NCBI RefSeq assembly: GCF_053078305.1
Contig: NZ_CP166879.1
Strand: one strand, 5' to 3'
Length of the DNA stretch: 64,000 bases
Part shown: positions 63,772 through 64,000 of the stretch, one piece after another
Position numbering within the stretch: the stretch's first letter is position 1
Layout: every line of letters starts with the position of its first letter
Position numbers and translations under genes: made by a program
Notes under the pieces: generated by a model
What the model was told of the DNA's origin: nothing
What the model saw: the letters and a program-made list of their open reading frames with translations, nothing else
Databases searched by the model: none

Positions 63772-64000
63772 ATGACGAGCAAAGAAACCTTTACCCATTA
63801 CCAGCCGCAGGGCAACAGTGACCCGGCTCATACCGCAACCGCGCCCGGCGGATTGAGTGCGAAAGCGCCTGCAATGACCCCGCTGATGCTGGACACCTCC
63901 AGCCGTAAGCTGGTTGCGTGGGATGGCACCACCGACGGTGCTGCCGTTGGCATTCTTGCGGTTGCTGCTGACCAGACCAGCACCACGCTGACGTTCTACA
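63772..64000 (+). CDS. Head decoration protein D (5' partial at window end)
   Basis: [27 protein letters not shown]... matches lambda gpD. Confidence 0.85.

Overview
This window is an Escherichia coli chromosomal segment with three distinct parts. (1) Positions 1-23,050 are core genome syntenic with K-12 in reverse orientation: fryA 3' end, ypdCBA, alaC, ypdK, lpxP, yfdY, ypdI, yfdX, frc, oxc, yfdV, yfdE, evgSA, emrKY, dsdA. (2) Positions 23,050-28,400 carry the csc sucrose-utilisation locus (cscR, cscA, cscK, cscB) where K-12 has dsdC/dsdX; only a 3' remnant of dsdX is left. (3) From about 28,826 to the window end is a lambdoid prophage: lambda-type exo/bet/gam, O/P replication, cos, Nu1, A, W, B, C, D; DLP12-type nin/Q/porin/lysis/bor block; its own immunity region. 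The most striking observation is an 11.8-kb integrase-bearing, cos-containing satellite-like element (49,851-61,688) inserted precisely between codons 276 and 277 of the prophage portal gene B. It carries int, alpA, a Bro-N protein, a repressor-like switch, a replication ATPase with iteron origin, SSB, divergent homologues of lambda major capsid protein E and decoration protein D, and a Nu1-like small terminase. Two further candidate accessory modules sit in known prophage cargo positions: a translationally coupled two-gene operon at the rexA/rexB position downstream of cI (33,047-34,620), and an AT-rich three-gene island between a truncated ren and the ninB homologue (38,390-40,273). All functional calls rest on reading the ORF translations and on recalled reference sequences; no database search was run.
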